Source: a virus. From it: a stretch of DNA of 64,000 nucleotides. Both the position numbers and the translations under genes were made by a program. The DNA lies in IMG/VR virus record IMGVR_UViG_3300028563_000014, positions 23,463 to 87,462 of that record. One strand, written 5' to 3'. The notes under the pieces are model-generated. The model worked only from the letters and a program-made list of their open reading frames with translations. It was not told where the DNA came from and did no database searches. Each line of letters starts with the position of its first letter. The first letter of the stretch is position 1. Positions 7,528 through 15,920 of the stretch are shown here, in pieces.

Positions 7528-9849
7528 TCAGAAGCTCGCCCCGCCCGAGTCGTTGAGCATCGTCAGCGTGGAGAGGTCGACGATCGGGATCTGGCTGGCC
7601 AGGTAGTTGTTGCTCGTGTCGGAGAGGCCGATCCCAGCCAGGTTGACGAACCCCGGGCCAGACGTAGTCACGGTGATTCCGAGCTTGGGAAACTTGCTCC
7701 GTGAGCCCTTGCCGATGATCAGGTTGACGTAGATGTTTCCCGACCCGTACCAAAGGCTCTTGGTCCCGTCGTTGCCATCCGACCCGAAAATCTCCCCCGG
7801 CATCCCGGCATGCGTCGACAGCATGGCGATCGTTGGCCCATTCATTCCGAACTCTCCAATCTGACTCTCGTCGGTGACCTCGATCAGGAGTGGAGAATCT
7901 CCTGTCGCCCTCAGTCCAGCCCCGCTTCCGGTAGCCCCGACGAAGAGGACCTCGTCTAAAAAGATCATGCTCGTGCCACCCGCGAATATTGGCCCGGGGA
8001 CGATCAGCCCCACAGATGCCCAGGTGATCAGCCCGCCATAGAAGACATTCCCGTTCGATCCCCAGATCAGGCACCCGCTGATGCTGAGGTTTGCGGCGCC
8101 CGACAGTAGGAATCCGAACTCAAATGCGTCGAGGACGCCGGTCCCGAAGATGCATTGAGCCGCCGTCGCGAAGCCACTGCTGATGATGTTCTGGGGGAAG
8201 AACCCAGCGACGTTGCCGTCGAAGCGGAGCTGAGCCGCGTACGGGTACGCGACGCCGGCGGCAGGGAACGGCCACCCCAGGATCTTCACGAGGTCGAGGA
8301 TGTTCACGTGGTCGTTGACCGCGAAGTCGCTCACGTTCCACGTGTCGCTGCCGTTGATGCCAGAGGCGTTGTCGATGACCTGCGAGATCGAGAAGTGGTC
8401 CGCCGACTTCTGCCGCGTGATGAATGCCGTCTTCAGTCCGTCCGTCGTCTGGATCATCTTCCCGACGTAGCCCGGCTTCAGGCCGATCCCGGCGATCACG
8501 ATCTCGCGCTCCGTGTTCGTCGCCGGGACAGCCGGAGTAACTGCCGTGATCGTTCGGTTCGATGCGCTTCCGTCGACCGGCGAAGTGCCACCCCGGATGC
8601 GGATGAAATCGTTGGCGTCCGGGCTCGCCAGGTTGGTCAAAATCGCGAACTTCGTGGGGTCGACCAGATCGTCCATCAGGTGGATCGACAGCGACACGGT
8701 CGTCAGACCAGCCGCGCTGTTTACCTGATTCCACCCGACTAGGCGCCGGTTCAGCTCCTGGAAACTCTGGAGCGGATGCGCGTCGGCCGCCGCTTCCGAC
8801 GTCCCCCATCCCACATTCTGGTCATTCCCCGTCGCGGGCGAGACGGACCAGTACGTTGCCTGTAGGAACGCCTGGTTAGGGATGCCCATGCGCGCCCATT
8901 GGCCGCCACCCCCGCCAGTGTTGGTGACCACCGAGGTCCCGCTCACCGTCATCGTCGATCCGGGGACGTAGCGGTAGAAGTCCCCGACGGTGAGGACCTC
9001 GCAGATGTGAGCATCGGACGTGAGGAACCCAGAAGCGTCGATGCCCGCCATACCGGCGATGTTCGTCCGGCGGAACAGGGTCGGGTTAGCCCCGCCCGAT
9101 CCGCTACCCGCGGCGTTGATGATCGGATTCTGGATCGTGCCGGTGATGGAGACGTTAAGCCCTGCGGTGATCGACAGGATGCCCGTGTTGTTCACCACCG
9201 GGTTCGCGCCTGTTCCGGTGATCGAGATCCCCGTTCCACTCGTGACCGAAATGACGCCAGTGTTGTTGACGATCGGATCAGTCGACGTCCCGGTGATGGA
9301 GATACCGGGCCCCGCGTTGACCGTATTGACCGTGCCCCCTCCACCCGTGCCGGCGCCGCGCAGTCGCTCCAGCCAGCGGTTGAGCATGGTCGCCCAGCCC
9401 TCGCGCGTGTTCGGGACGGACGTGTCTTCGTACGTCTCCATGGGCCCGAGCTTCGCCAGGGGGAGCGTCGTGCCGTTCGGGCCGGGGATCGTCAGGCCGG
9501 TCAGGCGCCGAACGATGATCGTCTTCCGGGTCTCGCCGGGCGATCCGGGATTGATCGTGGCCTGCAGGACGTAGGTCCCATCGCGGTGGACGGCGGGCGG
9601 ACCCGCGTCGTCGGAGTCGATCGTCCATGCCGACTGGAGCCCGGTGCCGAGGTCCCACGGGTTGATCCCGGTACCGCCGGCGAGGGACAGCTCCGGGCGC
9701 CCGATGAGCTCCCAGTGGACCGAGCTGACGCCGATTTCGCTGGTCAGCGAGGCGACGACGACGTCCCCCTGGTGGACGTCGTCGCGATAGCCGACGATCG
9801 GGGAGGCCCCGTTGACCGTCGTCTGGATCTGGACGCTCTCGAATGCCAT
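7528..9849 (-). CDS. Tail fibre / receptor-binding protein
   Basis: PKD-like N-terminus (W.LIGRP...DGTYVLQATI), three 23-aa repeats, long beta-rich C-terminus; downstream of baseplate genes. Confidence 0.7.
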   Translation of the reverse strand: MAFESVQIQTTVNGASPIVGYRDDVHQGDVVVASLTSEIGVSSVHWELIGRPELSLAGGTGINPWDLGTGLQSAWTIDSDDAGPPAVHRDGTYVLQATINPGSPGETRKTIIVRRLTGLTIPGPNGTTLPLAKLGPMETYEDTSVPNTREGWATMLNRWLERLRGAGTGGGGTVNTVNAGPGISITGTSTDPIVNNTGVISVTSGTGISITGTGANPVVNNTGILSITAGLNVSITGTIQNPIINAAGSGSGGANPTLFRRTNIAGMAGIDASGFLTSDAHICEVLTVGDFYRYVPGSTMTVSGTSVVTNTGGGGGQWARMGIPNQAFLQATYWSVSPATGNDQNVGWGTSEAAADAHPLQSFQELNRRLVGWNQVNSAAGLTTVSLSIHLMDDLVDPTKFAILTNLASPDANDFIRIRGGTSPVDGSASNRTITAVTPAVPATNTEREIVIAGIGLKPGYVGKMIQTTDGLKTAFITRQKSADHFSISQVIDNASGINGSDTWNVSDFAVNDHVNILDLVKILGWPFPAAGVAYPYAAQLRFDGNVAGFFPQNIISSGFATAAQCIFGTGVLDAFEFGFLLSGAANLSISGCLIWGSNGNVFYGGLITWASVGLIVPGPIFAGGTSMIFLDEVLFVGATGSGAGLRATGDSPLLIEVTDESQIGEFGMNGPTIAMLSTHAGMPGEIFGSDGNDGTKSLWYGSGNIYVNLIIGKGSRSKFPKLGITVTTSGPGFVNLAGIGLSDTSNNYLASQIPIVDLSTLTMLNDSGGASF
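9110..9335 (-). repeat. 69-bp (23-aa) tandem coding repeat, about 3 copies, same unit as at 6760-7110
   Basis: NAGPGISITGTSTDPIVNNTG / TSGTGISITGTGANPVVNNTG / TAGLNVSITGTIQNPIINAAG. Confidence 0.85.
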
Positions 9850-9858
9850 CGCCGAGGG

Positions 9859-11292
9859 TCAGCCCCTGAGCCGCTGTACGTTGTGCTGGTACCCCTGTAC
9901 CTGAAAATTCGGTGCGATCGCGTTGGTAACGACGAACTGGAACAGGGGCGTCGTAATCGGGAGCCGCACGACGCGACGAAACAGAAGGGCGCTCGATGAC
10001 GAGCCACCCAATTCCTCGATGACGTACCCGGTTGCGCCTCCCGTGCCAGGAGCCCCCAGGGCATCCATGCCGATCGAGATCAACGTCTGGGGTCCGTTGG
10101 CGGTCAGGGCGACCCCCATCTCCACGGCACCGAACAACGCGGTGGCCGGGCATGAAGTGAGCGTCGCTGGAGACGTCGCGGATAGGAGGACCTCCAGCTC
10201 GTCGCGCCCGAACGTCCATTCGCCGGCCATGATCAGCGGCTGCCGGTGGGTCGTGTTCCGGAAGACGAATCCCAGACCGACGTACACGGCGCCGAGCTTC
10301 GTCGCCCCGCGCGGCGTGATGATGCTTGCCGTCGGGTGGCCGTCGGAGTCAGGGGGCGTCGTGCTCTCCATGAGAATGATCGGGTAGAAGGTCCCCGCGT
10401 TCGCGTAGCCCTGCGGCAGGTTGCGCCCGCCGCACAGATACACGTAATAGGGCCGCGACCACGTCAGGCCAGCAGCAGTCGCGAAGGGGTTCGCGGCGGT
10501 ATCCGTCGCCACAGGGGGGGAGCTACCCACCCACTCCACGACCTCGCCGTCGATCGCGATCTTGTGCTTCGAGGCCCCCACGAGCCCGATGGACGCGCTG
10601 GCCGCGGATGGGTCAACGGTAATGTCCCATGCCAGGACGCAGCCAGCTATCGGGCCGTTGCTGGCAGATCCTGGGTAGGCGGCTCTCCGCCAGAGGCACG
10701 GCGCCACCTGGAACGCTGTCGCGTCGGCTGCCAGCGCCGGCACGTAGACCTCTGCCACGGCGACCATGTGCGCGGGAACCGCAGGCGGGAGCGGAGTCGA
10801 CGCGGCGGTACCAGTAATCACGGTCAGCACGGATGCCGGCCCGGACGTCTTATAGACGTTCTGGGGGGAGATGGTCCGGGCGACCGGGTCGAGCAGGATG
10901 TTGCGGCTTTGCAGGTCCGTGTCCAGCTGCTGCGGGTCGGCCACGACCAGGTCGATGCGCGGGTTCGATCCGTTCGGATTTCCGAACGTGAGGAGCTGCG
11001 CCCCCCACCGCAGCGCCAGGAACGGGCTGTCGTCGCTCGTCAAGCCCGGGAACGCAGCGTCGTAGAACCACCCGCGGTTCGCTGCGATGTTCGCCGTGAA
11101 CCCGCCGACCACACCGGTCAGGGACAGCGCGTAATCCAGGGAGGAGATGGGGGACCCCAACTGGCTGGCAGATCCGCCCGCCATCTCTTCCTGGACCTCC
11201 CGGGACATCAGCCGGATCATCCGGACCAGATCCGAGCTCAGAAGCTGCTCGCGCGCGTTCTCTTTGACGGTCGAGAGGGGAGATCCACCCAT
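9859..11292 (-). CDS. Baseplate/tail fibre attachment structural protein
   Basis: 'NPRIDLVV...VITGT.ASTP.PPAVP...VAVAEVYV' motif common in phage minor tail proteins. Start placed at ATG 11292, 7 nt after the promoter motif. Confidence 0.65.
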   Translation of the reverse strand: MGGSPLSTVKENAREQLLSSDLVRMIRLMSREVQEEMAGGSASQLGSPISSLDYALSLTGVVGGFTANIAANRGWFYDAAFPGLTSDDSPFLALRWGAQLLTFGNPNGSNPRIDLVVADPQQLDTDLQSRNILLDPVARTISPQNVYKTSGPASVLTVITGTAASTPLPPAVPAHMVAVAEVYVPALAADATAFQVAPCLWRRAAYPGSASNGPIAGCVLAWDITVDPSAASASIGLVGASKHKIAIDGEVVEWVGSSPPVATDTAANPFATAAGLTWSRPYYVYLCGGRNLPQGYANAGTFYPIILMESTTPPDSDGHPTASIITPRGATKLGAVYVGLGFVFRNTTHRQPLIMAGEWTFGRDELEVLLSATSPATLTSCPATALFGAVEMGVALTANGPQTLISIGMDALGAPGTGGATGYVIEELGGSSSSALLFRRVVRLPITTPLFQFVVTNAIAPNFQVQGYQHNVQRLRG

Positions 11293-11299
11293 GGCGACC

Positions 11300-11329
11300 A
11301 CGGTAGCAGGGCGGGCCCGGCGCTGTCAC
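11300..11329 (-). promoter_or_regulatory. Putative promoter GTGACA-N18-TACCGT, leaderless
   Basis: Same geometry as the other copies. Confidence 0.5.
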
Positions 11330-11338
11330 GATACGGGG

Positions 11339-12739
11339 TCAGCCGGTGAAACCGACCAGAGAGTGCGCCAGGAAGGCTCCCACCAGGTTGACGGGCGTCG
11401 TCCCGTCGGATTGGACCATCCCGACGATCTGGGTGACCACCCGGCCGACTACCGGGATCCGCTGGGTGTCGGTGCCCGTGTACCACCCGGTGTCGTACAC
11501 GTCACCACCGAGGAACGCGAAGATCAGCTTGTGCTGCGCGCCCGGGACTGGGTTCGGGCTGTCGTGCCCGGCGCTCGCCTCGACCATCAGCCACGCCGTC
11601 CCGGAGGGCGGGGAGATCGCCCAGACGTTGGTCGGAAACGCGGGGGCCGCCGCCCCGACGCCGTAGAAGGCATCCGCCGAACGCATGTACGCGTCGAACA
11701 GCACCCCGCCCGCCTTGGTCGCGGCGACCGACTGGACCAGCGCCAGGAGCGCCGCCATAACGCGCGGAGGGTAGACCAGGAAGGCGTCCATGTACCCGTG
11801 CGCCGGGTCGTCGGAGAACCCGTCGTCCAAGAACAGCGCCTCGGAATCAGAGTCCTGGACGTATTCCTGGGCCTGCAGGCGAAAGTAAGCTCGGACGTCG
11901 CGGCGGTCGCCTAGCTCCGGCGTCACCAGCTCGTCCAGGAAGTCCGTGTCCGTGGCCAGCAGGTCGAACCCGCCCAGGCCGTGGAGGGCCTTCAGGTCAG
12001 CGCTGGCGCCGTCGTCGAAGGGCTCCAGGACCAGGAACGGCGGGACGCCCGGCACCTGGCTGGCCGCGGACACCAGGTCGCCCACCGCGATCGGCGAGAC
12101 CTTGTCCGGGACGTTGCGGACGCGCTGGCGGTAGTCGTCCTCGCGCTCGTTCGGCTGGCGCAGGATCCCCCGCTCGGACCCGTGCACCGACAGGTAGTCG
12201 GCGGCCCCGCCCGAGATCGGAGTGGCGGTCTCCACCGCGACGAACGTTGAGGCGGTGTTGCCGGCAGCGCCGTCGGGCGCGATCAGGTTCGAGACTCCGC
12301 CTATCGCCGGGACGGGCGCGGCCTGCGGATGGACCGCGAACGCCGGCTCGTCCACCGTGTTGACCAGCTCGGTCTCGCGTAGCGTCTTGACCGCCACGAT
12401 CAGCACCAGCTGGCCTACCGCTACCGGGAGCGGCAGCTGGGAGATCGCCTGGACGCCGCGGTCGTCGAGGAACCGGTAGCCGGTCGGGATGAGCCCAGAC
12501 GTGCTGCCGTCCCCGCGGCGCATCGTCAGGACGGACGTCCCCGCCTGGCCGGCGGACGACGCAGAGATCGTCGCCGCGTCGCGGTCGTGGATCGCCGCCT
12601 TCCAGGTGCGCGCGAAGATGGAGACGTCTGCACCCAGGAGCGCGGCGCTGTCCGGGTCATCCAGCAGCGGCTGCAGCCAACCGAAGTTGTCCGTCGTCCG
12701 CCGCAGCAGCGCGATCAGGTCGTCGAAGTCCTCCGCCAC
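11339..12739 (-). CDS. Baseplate wedge protein (J/I-like)
   Basis: 'GSERGILRQPNEREDDYRQRV' and 'ATKAGGV' wedge-type motifs; follows baseplate J. Confidence 0.65.
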   Translation of the reverse strand: MAEDFDDLIALLRRTTDNFGWLQPLLDDPDSAALLGADVSIFARTWKAAIHDRDAATISASSAGQAGTSVLTMRRGDGSTSGLIPTGYRFLDDRGVQAISQLPLPVAVGQLVLIVAVKTLRETELVNTVDEPAFAVHPQAAPVPAIGGVSNLIAPDGAAGNTASTFVAVETATPISGGAADYLSVHGSERGILRQPNEREDDYRQRVRNVPDKVSPIAVGDLVSAASQVPGVPPFLVLEPFDDGASADLKALHGLGGFDLLATDTDFLDELVTPELGDRRDVRAYFRLQAQEYVQDSDSEALFLDDGFSDDPAHGYMDAFLVYPPRVMAALLALVQSVAATKAGGVLFDAYMRSADAFYGVGAAAPAFPTNVWAISPPSGTAWLMVEASAGHDSPNPVPGAQHKLIFAFLGGDVYDTGWYTGTDTQRIPVVGRVVTQIVGMVQSDGTTPVNLVGAFLAHSLVGFTG

Positions 12740-12740
12740 G

Positions 12741-13112
12741 TCACCGGACCTCCCCGTTCGTGATGTAGCCGTGCCAGCACTCCGGGGGTCCCACGGCTAC
12801 GGACGGCGACAGGGTGAGGTCGTCCAGTCCGGTGCCGGTCATCTGCCACCGCGAGGGGCCCCCATTGCGCGACTGAGAACCGGCGTCAGCCGGCGCGGGC
12901 TGGCACCCGATCGGGTTGGCGAATGACACCTCGACCATATGCGGGCGCGCTCCGTCGATCGGGAACTCCGGCTTGCCGTACCCGCACGGGCACCAGAACC
13001 GAACTCCGTCAGCGCCCACGATGTTCAGCAGGTCGCCGTAGTAGGTCCCCTTCGCCGTGGTGTTGCGGATGAACCCGGCACTGAACCACGGGTTCGTCAG
13101 ACGCGCGATCAC
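12741..13112 (-). CDS. DUF6527-like small metal-binding protein
   Basis: 'FWCPCG ... W ... LTLSPSV ... CWHGYITNGEV' pattern. Confidence 0.6.
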   Translation of the reverse strand: MIARLTNPWFSAGFIRNTTAKGTYYGDLLNIVGADGVRFWCPCGYGKPEFPIDGARPHMVEVSFANPIGCQPAPADAGSQSRNGGPSRWQMTGTGLDDLTLSPSVAVGPPECWHGYITNGEVR

Positions 13113-14215
13113 GTGAAGCTCACGTCCTCCGGGCGCACCCGGATCAGGATGCTGTTCGACGTCGGGACGACGTCGCCGGCAGGGACCACCAGGGAGTCGT
13201 CGTTCACCAGGACGCCCGGCACGGCCTTCGCCGCCCCGATCATGTCCGCCCGCCGCAGGGGCTGCCCCGGGATCAGGAACTGCGCCACGGACACCGCCAC
13301 CGCGCGCACCTCGGCCTGGGCCTGCTGGGTGTCGATGCCGGTAGAGTAGGCCAGCTTGTAGGTGACCGGCTCGTAGCTGATGAGCCCCCCGGAGACGAAG
13401 ACCGGGATCCCGCAGGCCCGGAACTGCAGCAGGACGTCGCTCACGGCCTGGAGCATCGGGCCCGAGGCGTTGCCGGCGTCGTCCCCGATCACGAGCTCCA
13501 CCGCGCCCGCGGGCAGGCCGCTCCCCGGGTTGCTGATCTCGAACGCGCTCGATACGGACACCCCGGGGACCGTCAGCGCCGCGTACTGGATCGCGCCCAG
13601 CGTGGCGCGCCGGAGCGTGATGTAGTACCCGCGGATCCGCCCGCGGAACCTGGGATCGCTCTCCTGGACCGTCCCGCCCGCCGCCGGCTCTGGGTTCGTC
13701 ACCGTGATCGTCGGGTCGAACGCCTGGTCACCGAGCAGGGAGATCGCCCCGGCGGGGACGTTCTGGTCCGGCCCGACGATCGCCGCGACGACGTCCGCGG
13801 CGACCTCCAGGTCCGGCGCGTTGAACACCGCATCAGACATCAGCGAGAACGTCGACCCCTGCGCTGTCGTGAACCGGAACCCGGCCTGCAGGACCCCGCC
13901 CCCCGCCCCCGCCGTCGGGCGCGACAGGAGGACCCCGGTGGTGGCCGCGTTCGCCGGCTTGCGGGTGATGCCGAAGCGGTCGTAAGCGAGCCGGTCCAGG
14001 CCGTCCTGGCGGGCGGTGTCGACGAACAGGTCGCGCATGCAGCGCGCCCAGGCCGCGACCAGGTTCTCGCCCATCACCGAGGCCTGGCCGACGATGATGT
14101 TCGCGTCGCTGCCGGCGACGTCGACCACCTTCGGGTTGATGCGCGTGTTCGGCTGGCCCTTGATGTAGCGGCGCCCGACGGAGAATAAGTCCTGCCGGCT
14201 CGGAAGGTCAGCCAC
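13109..14215 (-). CDS. Baseplate J-like wedge protein
   Basis: 'DTARQDGLDRLAYDRFGITRKPANAA', 'VTNPEPAAGGTVQESDPRFRGR' and 'ALTVPGV' are baseplate J signatures. Confidence 0.9.
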   Translation of the reverse strand: MADLPSRQDLFSVGRRYIKGQPNTRINPKVVDVAGSDANIIVGQASVMGENLVAAWARCMRDLFVDTARQDGLDRLAYDRFGITRKPANAATTGVLLSRPTAGAGGGVLQAGFRFTTAQGSTFSLMSDAVFNAPDLEVAADVVAAIVGPDQNVPAGAISLLGDQAFDPTITVTNPEPAAGGTVQESDPRFRGRIRGYYITLRRATLGAIQYAALTVPGVSVSSAFEISNPGSGLPAGAVELVIGDDAGNASGPMLQAVSDVLLQFRACGIPVFVSGGLISYEPVTYKLAYSTGIDTQQAQAEVRAVAVSVAQFLIPGQPLRRADMIGAAKAVPGVLVNDDSLVVPAGDVVPTSNSILIRVRPEDVSFT

Positions 14216-14218
14216 CGG

Positions 14219-15166
14219 TTAGGCCCCCGCCGATACAGCGCCGTCGCTGGAGATCGAGGCGTTCAGGCGCACCTGGCGCCCGGAGCGCGTCTTGATCAGG
14301 CTGTTCACGAACGTCAGCCCGGTCCCGTCGATCGACGTCGTCACGCTGACCGCCGCTACCTCCGGCTCCTGGGAGATCTGATTGATGGCGTCGACCTTCA
14401 GCGCGGCGAGCTTGGACGTGCTGCCGATGCTCTTCAGGTCCACGGCCAGGCCGTAGCCGGGCAGGTGAGCGAAGCTGTTCTTGCGGGTGCCGAACCGGCG
14501 CAGGACCCGCTTCACCAGCCCGAGGTCCTCGGCCTCCGGCGCCGCGTCCCCGCTGTCGTCGATCTGCCAGCAGCCGATGGCCGGCGGGTTGGCGATGTCG
14601 ATCAGGTCCTGCCGGCGCTCCGGGAGCCGCGTCTCGGACAGCTGGGTCACCCCGTCGAACTGGGCATCGTACGGCGCGCCCAGGCCGCCCCCGAAGGCCG
14701 AGGCGACCTGCCGGACGTGCACCTGGTAGCGGATGCCCAGGACGAGCTGCCGGTCGACGCAGACGTCGATCCCGCGCTCGTAGGGCGCCAGCGGACTGGA
14801 CCCGTTGCCCACGCCCCAGGCGGGCCCGGCGACGACGTCCGTCAGGACCCCGACCGGGGTAGGCGCGGTCGCCGCGCCCGACACGACAGAGAAGCTGTAG
14901 TTGCTCGGGTTCAGCGCGTCGGCGCGCCCGGACGGGGTCCGGTGCTGCGGGGTCTCCGAGAACACCACCCGGACCACCTGGCCGGCGACCGCGACCGCGC
15001 GCAGCACGGACAGCGACCCGCCGCTGCCCATCGGGTCGCCGTAGGCCTCCCCGCCGTAGCCCCCATGGCGAGGGGGGATCGCGGACGGGCCCGTGGACTC
15101 GCTGTCCTCGTCGTCTGCCCCACCGACAGGGGCGCCGCCCAGGGGGGACCCGCCGGTTCCGCTCAT
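14219..15166 (-). CDS. Baseplate protein, C-terminal gp25/sheath-initiator-like
   Basis: C-terminal 'RRFGTRKNSFAHLPGYGL...QISQEPEV' resembles gp25; position between spike and baseplate J. Confidence 0.6.
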   Translation of the reverse strand: MSGTGGSPLGGAPVGGADDEDSESTGPSAIPPRHGGYGGEAYGDPMGSGGSLSVLRAVAVAGQVVRVVFSETPQHRTPSGRADALNPSNYSFSVVSGAATAPTPVGVLTDVVAGPAWGVGNGSSPLAPYERGIDVCVDRQLVLGIRYQVHVRQVASAFGGGLGAPYDAQFDGVTQLSETRLPERRQDLIDIANPPAIGCWQIDDSGDAAPEAEDLGLVKRVLRRFGTRKNSFAHLPGYGLAVDLKSIGSTSKLAALKVDAINQISQEPEVAAVSVTTSIDGTGLTFVNSLIKTRSGRQVRLNASISSDGAVSAGA

Positions 15167-15176
15167 GCGTTCGACT

Positions 15177-15920
15177 CTACTCGGATTTGGAGGTAACCGA
15201 CAAAAACGCGGTCGACTGCGCCTCGAACGCCTGCCACGCCGCCTGCAGCGCCTGTAGGCCCGGCTGGAGCGCCCCCAGGGGCCCCACCGCCACGGCGATG
15301 AGCGCGGCGAGCCCGGCCAAGATCGCCGCGCTCTGGGTCGCCTGCGCCTCCCGGTAGGCGTCTCCGAGCAGCAGGTGCTGCTGGGCGTCCTTGCCCAGGG
15401 AGATCTCCCCCTCCTTGCTGATCACGACCGCCTTCCCGGCGCTGGCCAGGGACGCCGAGCCGTCCGCCTCGAGGCGCAGGACCGCACCCGCCGCCGTCCG
15501 GACCTCGATCGGGACGCCGCGGGCGAAGATGCTCGCGCGGTCGTTCCGAAACACCGGCTTGCCGTCGGTCTCCACCGGCAGCGGCTCTGAGGCCCCCGCC
15601 ACCACGCACAGGACGTAGGGGATCATCGCCAGGTCCCCCCCGGGGATCGCCACCAGCACCTGGTTCCCTGGGCGGATCGGGAACAGGACGGAGACCGCGC
15701 CGGCCTGGTGCCCGTAGTGGCAGGTGATCGGCACCCCGGACGGCTCCAGGACCACGTCCACGTCCACGCCAGACGGCGAGATCACGACCGCGTTCGGGTC
15801 GGTGTAGTCGGGCTGCTCCCCGTTGACGGCGGCGACCGTTCCCCGGGAAACCCAGAACCGGGCGTCGATACCAGCCATCGTGAGCCCCGCCCCCAGGCGG
15901 AGCATGTCCGGGGACCTCAC
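15177..15920 (-). CDS. Baseplate central spike (gpV/gp5-like)
   Basis: OB-fold-like 'PIRPGNQVLVAIPGGD' followed by short beta repeats; follows the hub gene. Confidence 0.7.
   Translation of the reverse strand: MRSPDMLRLGAGLTMAGIDARFWVSRGTVAAVNGEQPDYTDPNAVVISPSGVDVDVVLEPSGVPITCHYGHQAGAVSVLFPIRPGNQVLVAIPGGDLAMIPYVLCVVAGASEPLPVETDGKPVFRNDRASIFARGVPIEVRTAAGAVLRLEADGSASLASAGKAVVISKEGEISLGKDAQQHLLLGDAYREAQATQSAAILAGLAALIAVAVGPLGALQPGLQALQAAWQAFEAQSTAFLSVTSKSE

Noticed and set aside
6760-9335. Repeat arrays considered as CRISPR or as DGR template/variable repeats
   Set aside because: They are in-frame 69-bp coding repeats with no spacers; no adenine-specific mismatch pattern noticed and no reverse transcriptase in the window.
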